Shown: piece by piece, positions 33,791-46,554 of the stretch
How positions within the stretch are numbered: the stretch's first letter is position 1
Layout of the letters: each line of letters starts with the position of its first letter
Made by a program: the position numbers and the translations under genes
The notes under the pieces: generated by a model
What the model was told of the DNA's origin: nothing
Database searches by the model: none
Seen by the model: only the letters and a program-made list of their open reading frames with translations
Assembly (NCBI GenBank): GCA_038087875.1
Contig: CM075983.1
Span: 13,392,001 to 13,456,000, forward strand
DNA: 64,000 nt
From: Malacoraja senta
Lineage: Eukaryota
Direction: 5' to 3'

Positions 33791-35179
33791 TTGGCACACA
33801 ATGTTTATCTTGGATCATGTCTAAATTTCCAACATTTTTTTTTCAGTCACCATCCCCTTCTTTTCTACTTTCATCCAGTCTGCAAATTTGAGACAATATG
33901 CAATCTCTGGATTAAATAGTAACAGACTCAAGGCTCACATCATAGTGTCTTGTTTACAATCTAAACTGACGTCTTTTGTTATTCCTTCAGACTAAAAATG
34001 TAACCAAATTTCTTGAATTGAGTTTTCAGTGCTGGAGACATATGAAGGTTAGAAAGAGATTTTTTAAATGCTTTGTTGTGATCCATAATATAGACGATAT
34101 ATCTGTTTCTCCCAATGAGTAGGTACTTGTTTCTTGATCAGAAAATGTTCACTTTGGAACAACAATAGCAGTTTGATCAATTATTGAATTCACAGTTAAA
34201 AAATTGAATTCCAAAGTGAAAATTAGTTTCATTACCACTTATTCCACAGATGTGATGGTATAGGTCATACTGTCCTCCCTACGTGATTGTTTAACAGTAG
34301 AACGTAGATTGACAGCCAGCCAAACTCGATTCAATAATCAGACGCGAGTCTGGAAGTTAGCATCTCTGCTCTTAAGTTTAATGATTTTCCAGTGCTGTCA
34401 TTCTTAATATTGAAAAACGACTGAAACTAAATAAAGGAGAAGAAAGATACATAAATTACTCTCCTTTGCAGAAATATACATTTAAATAGAAATTAAACAT
34501 ATAGGGCGAATATATAATAATATACAATCCTATTAACAATCAAAGCACTTAAGAGTTCATAAGTAGAATTGGGTCATTCAGCTCAAAGTCTACTCCGCCA
34601 TTCAATCATGGTCTACCTATCTTTCCTTCTCAACCCCATTCTCTTACCTGCTCCCCATAACCTTTGACACCCTTTCCAATCAATAACTTGTCAATCTCCG
34701 CTTTAAAAGTTCCCATTGACTTAGCCCACAGCCTTCTGTGGCAATGAATTCCACAGATTCACCTACCTCTGACTAAAGAAATTCCTCCTTATCTCCTTTC
34801 TAAAGGTACGTCCATTTATTCGGAGGCTGTGCCCTCTGGTTGGTGTCTGGAGTGGGATACTATTACTATTCACATGCTATTTTAATCTTATGTGTCTCAA
34901 AAATATGGGGGACACATGTTGAATATGCTATTATCTTTCTTGCAAACAATTTAAGACTACCAAAATTAATCATTTAAATGTTTATTCACTTCTATCACTG
35001 TTTCATTGCTTCTTGGTTAAATCCTGATGCGCACTTTGCCACCTTTTCAATGGTAATTCTAGACCAAAAAAACAGAAGTTAAATTGTCGCCCAGACACTT
35101 CTCCCTCCTCAGAGACACTGATGATCTGAACAGAAAAGGCATCAACATTAAGAATATAACTATCAATATCAATGTCGTA

Positions 35180-35690
35180 TCTCTGTCCGCACTGCGGCCT
35201 AACATCGTGGAGTTGGCGGCCTCATGTCTGGGACTTCTAAAGCCCCAAAATCGTGGAGCCTGCGGGACTTTAACATCTCGGAGCGGGCGATCCGTTTGCC
35301 AGGCCTTTGGTTCTCCAACCTGCGGGAGCTGCGGACTTTAACATCACAGCTCACAGTCCCTGGTTAGCGACCGACTTCTGGAACTTCACACACCAAGCCG
35401 CAGGAGTTTTCGACCGCCCCGATGCGGGAGCTTAGACCGCCCCGACGCGGGAGTTCGATCACCCGCTGCGGATGGTTCAACTCCCCTGACCGCGGGAGGA
35501 AAGGAAGAAAGAAGATAAGACTTTATTGCCTTCCATCACTGTGGGGAGTGTGGAGGAGCCGCTGTGGTGGATGTTTATGTCAATTTTTATGTAGCTGTGT
35601 GTCTTGTTGCTTTTGTGGTATGACTGTATGGCAAACCAAATTCCGTGTATGTTGCAAAACATGCTTGGCTAATAAATTATGATTATGAGT
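35180..35690 (+). mobile_element. Non-autonomous retroelement: GC-rich subrepeats plus LINE-like 3' tail
   Basis: Repeated GACCGCCCCGA(T/C)GCGGGAG and GCGGGACTTTAACATC blocks. Ends CTTGGCTAATAAATTATGATTATGA, and a related tail lies at 56255..56292 (-). Confidence 0.55.
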
Positions 35691-37912
35691 GTTTTATTAT
35701 CATATGTTCCACACAGAACAATGAAATTCTTACTTGCAACAGCACAACATAGTGTGTAAACATAGTACTCTGTAAACAATTCACAATATAATAAGCAAAA
35801 GAAAAGCTCAGTATATGTTGCATGCATGTTGGTTAAAATTTGTGTATGTGTGTGTATATATATATATATATATGTGTATATATGTATGTAGAGAGAGAGC
35901 TAATGGATAAAAATACAAGAATCCCCTGAAGTGCAAAAACAAGCAAAGAAGGAGATTCATGACATTCTGGAAGATATTGTATAAATACCATGCCTACAAG
36001 GACAGATGAGAAGCTTTACACCATCAATGAACTTCTATAGATTGGTTTTGGCTGCATTGCGGACTTCAGTTTTTTGGTTTTGCACTGATGTTAGGGTTAT
36101 TAATTTATTGAATTTTAAAATTATTATATGTTATGTGTACATTGGGTTTGCTGGCCTGTTAAGCTGCTGCGAGTAAGAATTTTGTTGTTTCATTTTCGAT
36201 GAATATGACAATTAAACACTCATGATTCTTGACTCACACCATGAGATTAAGCAACGGCACACTCTGTCTGATCTATCAGCAACTGCACATCTAGTTGGCT
36301 CAGGAAAAGATAGAATCGCTGCCCTACCTTCATCAATCACCGTTGTCACCTCCTCAAAAAATCCAATCTAGTTTGTAAGTCATGGCATGCCCTACACAAA
36401 ATCCATGATAACTATCTCAAATTAGCCATTCTCTTCCAAATGCATGTAAATCTCATCCACAAAAATCTATTCAAATATCTTCCCTACACTGATGGATGTG
36501 AGGCTCATCGGTCTATAATTTCCTGGCTTATCCCTGTTTCCTTCATAAATAAAGGAACAGCATGTGGTCCTAAATCAAGGACCAACAATCTCCTCTCTTG
36601 CCTCTCCACAGAGAACATATAAATAATATAGAACAGAGGAGCACAGGAGCAAGCCTTTGGCTGCATATGATTCATATCCCTCCATTCCTTACATATCCAT
36701 GTTCCTACCTAAAAACCTCTTAAATGCCACTATCATGTCTGCCTCCACCACCACCACTGGCAGAACATTCAGGCACCCACCAGTCTTGAGTAAAATGTGT
36801 GCCGCACACATCTTTAAACTTTGCCCTTCTCACATTAAAGTGACGCTCTCTAGTCTTTGACATTTCTACTCTGGGGGAAAAGGTGCTGACTATCTACCCT
36901 ATCTCTGCCTATCATAACTTTACATACTTCTCTCACTTCCCTCTTCAGCCTCCGATGTTGCAGAGAAAGCAATAACCCTGGGATAGATCCCAACAGGTGC
37001 TGGGGACTCATCACCTTAATACTTTCCAAAGTACAAGTACAAGACAGTATTGAAGCTATGCGTCAGACATATAGGGCAATGATGAGGCCACATCTGAATG
37101 AATGCTTCATTGCCACATGTGACAAGTCACAGTGAAATTCTTTGCTTGTATACATTACCCAAGGTATGCAATAGTCGCCACATAAAGAGCACACAAAGTA
37201 TCCTGCTCCAGGTCCACCTTTGTTCTTCCACCCCACCCACTCTGTTCTCCCCCCCATCCCCCTCCCTCATGGCAGACCACCCACGCCGGATCCACCATTG
37301 TTCTTCCCCTGGCAGCAGCGTCCTCACTCCCACGTGGTCCATAGCTCTTCCGTCGGTCGGCACTGGATTACCTCTCAAACAATATTTCTAGAATAGATCA
37401 TCATATTATCATCAACCTGTCATTATGGGGTGTTTGTTGTCTACAAAATGGTTTGGTGTTTGGATACGATTTTGAGAAAACTTCAAACTATCTCTAAGGC
37501 TTAAATAATGACGTGAAAGTGAAATGAATGGTATCCTGTGAACAACGACTTTTCTATTTATTTGTGTAAAAGAATTCCAATGTGAGCACTTTTACAACTA
37601 AATGGAAAAAGTTGCTGCAAAAGGGGTAACTCGAATCAGTGAATCACAAAATTGTTAGTTCACAGAAAGACATCAATCATTTTGTTCAATCTATGCTGAC
37701 GCATAACAGAACAATCCCTCAGCTCTGTTCCCCATGGCTTCTCTCAATCCTGCAATTATTTTCCCTCCGCCTATTTAATTATTTCCTGGATTTGCCGGCT
37801 CTCACATGCCAATAGTTTAAAACTCACCAAGGAATAGAGTGGTTGCTTGAAAGATACAGCATGGAAACAAGCCTTAAGGCCCACTGAGTCCACACTGACC
37901 ATTCGATCACCC

Positions 37913-38359
37913 TGGCATCGATGAACCATCTCGAAGACTGTGATCGGGCAGCTGCAGTAGAACGCTTCAATGTGGAAACAGAACCCCGCCACCCTTTGCA
38001 CAATCACCAACATGCCAAGAAACGCCTGAAAGAGTCGGAACAGCTTCATGAGAACTAGAGCCAACCGTACCAGGCACCAAAGCCAAACAACAGTGGCACC
38101 AGGACACCACCTGCCTTATACTACCTGGAAAGCCCTAAACCACTTCCGAACTGGAGTGGGACGTTGCGTACTCAACCTGAAGAAGTGGGGCTTCCCGGAC
38201 TCCGACAAGTGCAACTGTGGAGAGGTACAGACAATGACCCACCTACTGACTTGCGGCGGGGAGGCATGCACTGCGGACAATCTCCGCAGAGGCACAGATG
38301 TGGCACTGGCTGTGGCAAAGCGATGGCAGAACGTCGTCTGACACACAAAGCGGGAAAAA
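37913..38359 (+). mobile_element. Vingi/RTEX-like LINE 3' fragment inserted in a SINE
   Basis: WKALNHFRTGVGRC..LKKWG..DKCNCGEVQTMTHLLTC. A 10-bp TSD TCGATCACCC lies at 37903..37912 and 38360..38369. Confidence 0.75.
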
Positions 38360-38577
38360 TCGATCACCCGTGGCACAGGAGTTCTATGTGCTCCCACTTT
38401 TGTATCCCTCCCTACTCACTAGGGGCAATTTACAGAGGCCAATTGACCTACAAACCTACGTCTTTGGGATGTGGAGGAAACTGGATCATGTGAAGAAAAC
38501 CCACGTGATCAAAGAGAGAACTTGCGAACTCCACACAGTTAGCACCCATGATCAGGATCGATCTTTTGTCTCTCTAC

Positions 38578-39582
38578 CAAAGATCCTATAGCTAGCAAGA
38601 TAGTCCACTCGACGAAAAAGACGTAGTAGGGTCAGGGGTAATCTTCGGCCCCATTTCCGGTAACCGGCTTCTGTCTCCGCACTCGTATCCAAAGATCCGA
38701 GTCTGGCCCGGATCAGCACGGCTGGGACACCAGGGTGAAGTTGCGGGGAGGTTTACAATGTTTTTTTTTTAATGTTGTCCCTTGTCTAGTCCGAAATAAA
38801 GTTTATCATTAGATATAAAAATCTGGAGAAATATATATGTGTGTGTTATATGAGTATATACATCTATATCACCTTCATATATGTGTGTATGTGTGTTCTT
38901 TCCTACACAATCTAATCAGTTGTATGCTCGCTAAATAAAACCATCCTTAAGTTATACATCATTTGTAAATCTTGCTCAAAACAAATGTTATTTTGCTAAA
39001 CACTTCATTTAGGATAACCCCACCATTACGGACAGATCTCATTCCACTCTCTGGCTATTGGGGAAGACCAGACCCATTTTATTGTTGAAAAGCAATTCCA
39101 TAGACCACAAAAAAAACATCAAGGAACATTCCAAGAGTAGAGCAACTGGAATCCTCATATTGCTATTATTTTACCAAATACCGCAGGTGTGAACAGTGTG
39201 ATTAGATGAATTACAGAGTGCAAGTTTAATACAAAAATCAACTCAAACACAGCACATGAGCCATTTCAAAAGAAATTTACAAATACCCATTAAAAAAGAA
39301 AATGAACAGAATCATAATTTATAAACATATTCATCTTTAACAAAAATCAACAGAATTATGAATGAACAGAATTATTGAATTATGAATCTAACCCTATATC
39401 ACACACACACACACAAACTGTTCCCCTGCGACGCTGATTACACTGCGGAGAGGGATAACCAAAGTCGGGTCGGGATTACTGAAATGGCCGAATAAATGGC
39501 CCACTTTCCGCTCCATTGCGTACTACATGTCACCCATTGGATTTAGCAGGAGTGGACTATCTTGCTCGCTTTACGATCTTTG
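38578..39582. mobile_element. Non-autonomous TIR element, 1005 bp, 8-bp TSD (hAT or P superfamily)
   Basis: 33-bp TIRs CAAAGATC(C/G)TA(T/A)AGC(T/G)AGCAAGATAGTCCACTC (30/33 match). TSD CTCTCTAC at 38570..38577 and 39583..39590. No coding capacity seen. Confidence 0.88.
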
Positions 39583-40157
39583 CTCTCTACCAGCTGCTCC
39601 ACTGGGCTGCTCTAACTATTGCTGCTTAACTATAGGGGGAGATGCAGCTTTACAAAAAATTCTGGAAGTATCAGGCCAGCTCCTACACTGTTTCATCAAA
39701 CACTCCACCTCCTTGTTCAACATGGGAATCAATTAAACTTCTAATGAGTTTAGCTGGTGGCAAGTTGCAGGGATGAATCATCAACTGTTATGCTAAAGAG
39801 GGAGTAACCAACAATGAACTGAGCTATCAACAGGTTGCAACAATAAGATAATATTTTTCAATTGATGGCATTGTATATCAATGGGTGTTTTCTGATTTAT
39901 CTTTGATAAACTACGCATTGTTTTTTTTTAGTGTTGCCTCCTGCTGCAAGCCTCTCTTACATCCTTAAAATAACAATTAAGCCATTAAATCTGTAATTAT
40001 CCCACCACAGTGATGACATAATACGAGAATTTTGACAATAGCAGTCTTGGAGTTAAGGAATTTCTTTTTATGCAAATCGACATTAAAAAAAAATCTTCTA
40101 TTGGAGATAATAGTTAAAATTGCATTTCATCTGGTACGATAATAACTACAGAACCTA

Positions 40158-40452
40158 AGCCAGCTCAGTGGAGCAGCTGTAGAATTGCTGTTTTATAGCG
40201 CCAGAGACTCAAGTTTGATCCTGACTATGGGTGTGGTCTGTACGGAGTTTGTACATTCTCCCTGTGACCACGAGGGTTTTCTCCGGGTGCCCCAGTCTCC
40301 TCCCTCATTCCAAAGACGTGCAGGTTTGTAGGTTAATTGGTTTCTGTAAAGTTTCCCTAGTGTGTAGGATAGAACTAGTGTACGGGATGATTGCTGGTTG
40401 GCACGGACTCGGTGGGCCGAAGGGCCTGCTTCCGTGCTGTATCTCAAAACTA
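40158..40452 (+). mobile_element. HE1-like SINE
   Basis: Head, body and tail recognisable. Confidence 0.8.
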
Positions 40453-40689
40453 AAGAACTGTTCATCCAGCAGCTGTTTAGTTGAGTGTCGTAAGTAATAT
40501 CTCTGGGCCGGAACCCAGACTTGACCCAAGCAGACCGGAACCTGACCCGTTTCAACTGGAAACATCACCCATTTCTTTTCTACTGAGATGCAGCCTGACC
40601 CGCTGAGTTATACCAGCACTTTGTGTCTATCTTTGGTGTAAATCAGCATCTGTAGTTCCTTCCTACACCAAAAGAGATAGAACAGGGTG

Positions 40690-42223
40690 AGATAGATATA
40701 TCCAAGGACATTGCGGAAAACTAGATTGGAAACTGCGGGAGCCCTGGTTGAAATTTACGAGTTGTCCTCAAATACAGGAGAGGTGCCGGAAGACTGGGAG
40801 GTGGCAAATGTGCCTTTTTTCAAGAAGGACTGCAGGGAAAATGCTGGGAACTATAAGCTGGTGAGCTTAACATCTGTAGTTGGTAAGTTACTGGAGAGTA
40901 TTCTGAGGGATAGGTTATACAGGCATTTGAATGGGCAAGGGCTGATTAGGGATAGTCAGCATGGTTTTGTACGTGGGAGGTCGTGTCTCACAAATCTGAT
41001 TGATTTTTTTGAAGACGTGACCAAAAAGGTTGATAAGTGCAGAGCTGTAGATGTTGTGTACATGGACTTCAGTAAGGCGTTCGACAAGATTCCGCATTAT
41101 AGGCTGCACTAGAAGGCTAGATCGCATGGGATCCAAGGAGAGATAGCTGAATGGATAGCGAATTGGCTCCATGGAAGGAAGCAGAGGGTGATGGTGGAAG
41201 GTTGCTTCTCGGACTGGAGGCCTGTGACTTGGTGTGCATCAGGGTTTGGTGCTGGGCCCATTACTGTTTGTCATCTACGTCAATGATTTGGATGAGAACA
41301 TACAGGGTAAGATTAGCAAGTTTGCTGGTGATACCAAAGTTAGTGGTTTTGCAGATAGTGAAGATGGTGTGAACGATTGCAGCAGGATCTGGATCGATTG
41401 GCCAGGTGGTCGGAGGAATGGTTGATGGAATTCAATACACAAAAGTGTGAGGTGTTGCATTTTGGGACGTTGAACAAGGGCAGGACCTACACAGTGAATG
41501 GTAGGCCTCTGGGTAGTGTTGTAGAGCAGAGCGATCTAGGAGTACAGGTGCATGGTTCCTTGGAGGTTGAGTCGCAGTAGATAAGGTGGTCAAAAAGGAC
41601 TTTTGGCACTTTGGCCTTCATCAGTCAGAGTATTGAGTATAGAAGTTGGGAGCCAATTGTTGCAGTTGTATAAGAGGTTGCTGAGACCGCATTTCGAATA
41701 TTGTGTTCAGTTCTGGGCACCGGTGTTAAGGGAAAGATATTGTCAAGCTTGAACGGGTTCAGAAAAGATTTACAAGGATGTTGCCAGGACTAGAGGGTGA
41801 GCTATAGGGAGATTTTGAGTAAGGCTGGGTCTCTATTCCATGGGAGCGCAGGGAGATGACAGATGATCTTATAGAGGTATGCAAAATCATGAGGAATAGA
41901 TCCAGTAGATGCACAGAGTCTTTTACCCAGAGTAGGGGAATCGAGGGACCAGAGGACATAGGTTCAAGGTGAAAGGGAAAAGATTTAATAGGAATCCGAG
42001 GGGTTAACTTTTTCCCAAAGGGTGGTGGGTGTATGGAACAAGCTGCCAGAGGAGGTAGTTGAGGCTGGGACTATCCCATCATTTAGGAAACAGTTAGACA
42101 GGTACTTGGATAGGACAGGTTTGGAGGGATATGGACCAAGCGCAGCAAGTGGGACTAGTGTGGGCGAGTTGGGCCAAAGGGCCTGTTTCCACACTGTATC
42201 ACTCTATGACTCTATGACTCTAT
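40690..42223 (+). mobile_element. HER1-like CR1 LINE, ~1.5 kb 5'-truncated, frameshifted
   Basis: SQHGF, VDVVYMDFSKAFD, QGLVLGPLLF, FAGDTK, with a (CTCTATGA)n tail. Confidence 0.9.
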
Positions 42224-43047
42224 AACAGGAAAAGTTGCTCAGGAGACCGTGTACTCGGGTCACCTTGGAATACCAGTTTTCTGTAATTGGTAATTTCAAT
42301 GGGCTCAAAGTTTCAAAACATGTTCTGCCATTCACAGTTAGTATACAAGGAACTTGCTTGGCTTAACAGTAGTATTCTGTCAGTTGCAAAGTAGAAAACC
42401 TTGCTGCGGTTCCCATTTCTATGGTCTTGTTCTGTGCCTGCACCTCCAACTTTATACCCTGAGTAAACCTGCTTCACATTTTTAAGTGCAATTCACATTG
42501 CTAGCTGTTCTGCAAGCTCTCTTGAATGCTAAGCCCGGAGTGGTGAATAGTTTTGCATAACTTCTCTCATTTATCCGTCTGCACCATAACCACCTGATAT
42601 TTAACAGACTGGAAATTCCACCTTTGGCAAAACCTGACCTGAGCATTTATTCATTAATTGCTCCCTTTGGTCCCTCGGTTAAACATGCTAAACTTGTAAA
42701 TTGTTAATACCTCTGAAGACACTGGATTAAAATGTTCTATTGACACTTTTACAATATCTTGGTTAAAAGCTTTGAGTGTAGATTGCAGCACTCAAACTGT
42801 GTCTCATTTGTCTCTGGCCTAACAAAGAGCAGCCAGTAATATTGCCCTCCTCTGTTTTGTATGTTGGCCTCATTGCTTTATTCTATGTCCTCCCCTGAGT
42901 CCTTGACAATATTGGTTTACTTTCAGGAACATTTCCACACGGTTCACATCCAGGAAACAAGGCTGAGGCTGCTCATACTTCTCAAGCTCACTGACACAGT
43001 CTGCCAAGTCCACTCCCTGCCATCTACACTGCTCCAATCCTACCTCT

Positions 43048-43297
43048 AGTTTAGTTTAGAGAAACAGTGCGGAACCAGGCCCTTCGCCCATCGAGTCCAC
43101 ACCGCCCAGCGATCACCGCACATTAACACTATCCTACACTGGATATAAATTTTGACATTTATACCAAGCCAAATAACTTACATCTTTGGAGGGAGAAAAC
43201 CTGGCAGTCACGGGGAGAACGTAAAACTCCGTACAGACAGCACCCGTAGTCGGGATCGAGCCTGGGAAGGCCGCAACTTTACCGTTGTGCTGCCGTG
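43048..43297 (-). mobile_element. HE1-like SINE
   Basis: (TTTAG)n tail and head GCACGGCAGCACAACGGTA. Confidence 0.75.
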
Positions 43298-45411
43298 CCT
43301 CTAGTAACTTCACACTTGATTCCACCTTTCAGCTTCATCAAGCAGTTATGTTCCCAGACAGAATCTGTATGCTGCTTGTATTCTGATGCTTATTGAGATG
43401 TACAAATTAGGATTCCAATTATCTGAAAAATTAACCTTGCTTTTCTCTTTACCGATGCTGCTTGATCTGCTGAATACTTCCAGCAGCTTGTTTTTATTTC
43501 AGATTCTCATTACCTGTAGATTATTCATTTTTCCATTTTAACTTATAACTAGCGCCCTTGCAAAGCCTCTACTGACACTAGGGTGGTGAATCTTGGGGTT
43601 AATTTCATTCCAACGTGTCACTTCCTAGACAGGTGCCCTGAAAGGAAACCTTAGTATTTCCATACATAAATGCACTTCTATTGAAATTCATTGGATTTTT
43701 TTTGGTGTGATCTAAAATTCCATGGGATAGGCTTCCCACTTCAGTCTTCCCAACTGCCACATTTGGTTCACACAGTATTACATGTGCAATATGGGCCAGG
43801 GACAACTCTGAAGAAGGGTTCCAACCCAAACGTCACCTATTCATATTATCCAGAGATACTGCCTGACCCGCTGAATTACTCCAGCACTTTGTGTTCTTTT
43901 GTGTAAACCAGCATCTGCAGTTGCTTATTTCTACAAATAAGGCAGTACTTTGTATGATCTTCAGCAGAACAACTTATTTGTTGGGCAACACAAAGTGCTG
44001 GAGTAATGCAGCAGGACAGGCAGCATCTGTGGAGGGAATGGACAGGCGACATTTCGGGTCGGGACCCTTCTTCAGACTGAAAGTAGGGGGGTGGGGAGGG
44101 AAAGAGCTGGAGATGAGAAAAGACCAGGACAAATCAGGGCCAGCCGCAAACGGCCATAGCAGGGCGATGCCTGGTTGGTCCATTGTTGGCCAGGGAAGGT
44201 GAGATATCAAGAGAAACAATGTGGAGAACTGTGCAACTGGTAAAACGGACTAGGGTGGAGGAACGGGGCAAGGAGGGAGGGAAGGTGAGGGGTATGTGTG
44301 TGTGTGTGTGTGGGGGGGGGGGGGTGTAAGATGAAGTTACTTAAAATTAGAGAATTCAATGTTCATACACTGGGTTCACACCTTGCTGAGCCAACTTTGG
44401 CACCAGGTTCCACTTGCCTGAAATCATTTTGGCCGACCCTGATTTATCTTCGTCTTCTCTCACCTCCGGCTATTCACCTCCTCCCCTCCCCATTCTTTCA
44501 GTCTGAAGAAGGTTACCAACCCAAAAACATCACCCATCCTTTTTCTCCAGAGATGCTGCCTGGCCCGCTGAGTTACTCCGGCAATTTGTGCCCATCTTTG
44601 GTACAAACCAGCATCTGCAGATCTTTGTGTAGGAAGGAACTGCAGCTGCAGTTTACAACGAAGATAGACATAAAATGTGGAGTAACTCAGCGGGACCGTC
44701 AGTATCTGTTGGTATAAGGAATTCCTTCAATCCAGAGATGTTGCCTGTCCGCTGAGTTACTCCAGCATTTGTGTCTATCGTCCGCAGTTCTTTGTTTCTA
44801 CATATACTTCTGGAAACATTACCAATTTAATTATCTCTCAGTTAGATCTTGCGGTGAATTTAAGAATTCCTCTCTGTCGCCAAGATCCATGTCAGGTTTT
44901 GCTGCTGCTGCTGCTAGCTGATCATTGAGCTGGGTGTGAACGATCCTGTTTCAGGGAGGGTTTGAGGTGTAGCTGGACGTCTATCCAGCTTGCAGACAAG
45001 TTGTTTTGTGCGGTGACTTCCTCCTGCCACCTGACTCAAGGTATCGCAGACGGTAAAAAACCAAAAGTTCCTTAACTTTCGTGGTTCCTGTTCTTTTGAT
45101 GAATGTTTAACTTTTTGTGAATCCGTGTTTGGAAAGTTTTGCCTTTCGCGAAAGGGCAAGTTGATGAATGTTCTCCCGTTTCCAAAAGGGAAAGAATGTG
45201 GAGACTGAGCGCGAATTGCTTTAGTTCACGAACTTGACTGGACTCGCCCTATCTGGTTACCTTCACTTCTTCAAAAAGTTGTCAGTCTGACCACAGTAAT
45301 TAGTTTATTGACCCCTTGCAAAGTATCAGCCTCTCCCCATCCCCGCTCTTTTCACCGAAGCTTGTGGATTTCTTTGGAAATGTCATTGTTTGTGTTTGAA
45401 ATATCTTAGCT

Positions 45412-45740
45412 TTATAGACTCGTACAGTGTGGAAACAGGCCCCTCAGCCCAACTTGCCCACGCCGACCAACATGCCCCATCTACACCAGTCCCACCTGCC
45501 CGCGCTTGGCCCATAACCCTTTAAACTTAAACCTGCCCTGTCCATGTACATGTCCGAATCTCTCTTAAACGTTGTGAAAGTCCCTGCCTCAACTACCTCC
45601 TCGACAGCTCCTTCCATACAAGCACCACCCTTCGTGTAAAGAAAAGTTGCCCCTCGGGTTGCTATTAAATGTTTTCCCCCTCACCTTAAACCCATGTCCT
45701 CTTCTTCTCGATTCCCCTACACTGGGCAAAAGACTGTGTA
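45412..45740 (-). mobile_element. HER1-like CR1 LINE 3' fragment
   Basis: Reverse complement of the HER1-like tail. Encodes SVGESRRRGHGFKVRG. Confidence 0.8.
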
Positions 45741-45749
45741 TTTTAACCA

Positions 45750-46001
45750 CCAGCGGTAGAGTTGCTGCCTTAGTTACAGCGCTGAAGCGCCAGAGACCCA
45801 CCCGGCTTCCACCTGACTACCGGTGTTGTCTGTACAGACCCTGTACCTTCTCCCCCTGACCGCGTGGGTTTTCTCCGAGATCTTCGGTTTCCTCCCTTGA
45901 TATAAATGTAAATTGACCCCAGTGTGTGTTAGTGTGCGGGGATCCGCTGGTCAGCGGGCCGAAGGGCCAGTTTCCGCCCTGTATCTCTAAACTAAACTAA
46001 A
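45750..46001 (+). mobile_element. HE1-like SINE (internally deleted)
   Basis: CAGCGGTAGAGTTGCTGCC head and (CTAAA)n tail. Confidence 0.7.
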
Positions 46002-46554
46002 CACCAGCCCAGCTGACCAATAGACCTGATCTGTTCCTCTCATGATTTTGCACACCTCTATAAGATCACCCCTCATCCTGCGCTCGCAAGGAATAAAATC
46101 CTAGCCTGTGCAACCTTTCCCTCTAGCTCAGGCCCTCAACGTCCTCGTAAAGTGTGGGGAGTGGGGAAATGAGCTCAATCTTTCCTTCTCCTTCAGTCAG
46201 TTAGAAGGACGTCAGCACCTCTTCCCAACTTTATTTTAGCATTTAGGAATATGGCCAGCGGCTGTGACCTTCAGGTGACACGGTCTCTCTAGCTTTTATT
46301 TGACGGTGAGAGGTTCAGACGGTGAGACCCTCCGTGTGAAAAGGTGTTTCCCGATTCCACGTCTGAATGACCCAGTTCTAATGTTACCATTATGCCCAAT
46401 TGTTTGGATTCACACCGCCAGAGGCGATTTACTCTCTGAGCCTACTTCCTGAATAATTGTAATTACCTTGAATAGATCTCCATTTGACTGTCTAATCTCA
46501 AGGGAATAGAAACTCAATTTACATACACTTTAACTGTGCTAACCCTGACAAATT

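Larger units (their letters stand above)
37848..39610 (-). mobile_element. HE1-like SINE split by two nested insertions
   Basis: Tail at ~37848..37912, body at 38370..38577, head at 39591..39610. Confidence 0.7.
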
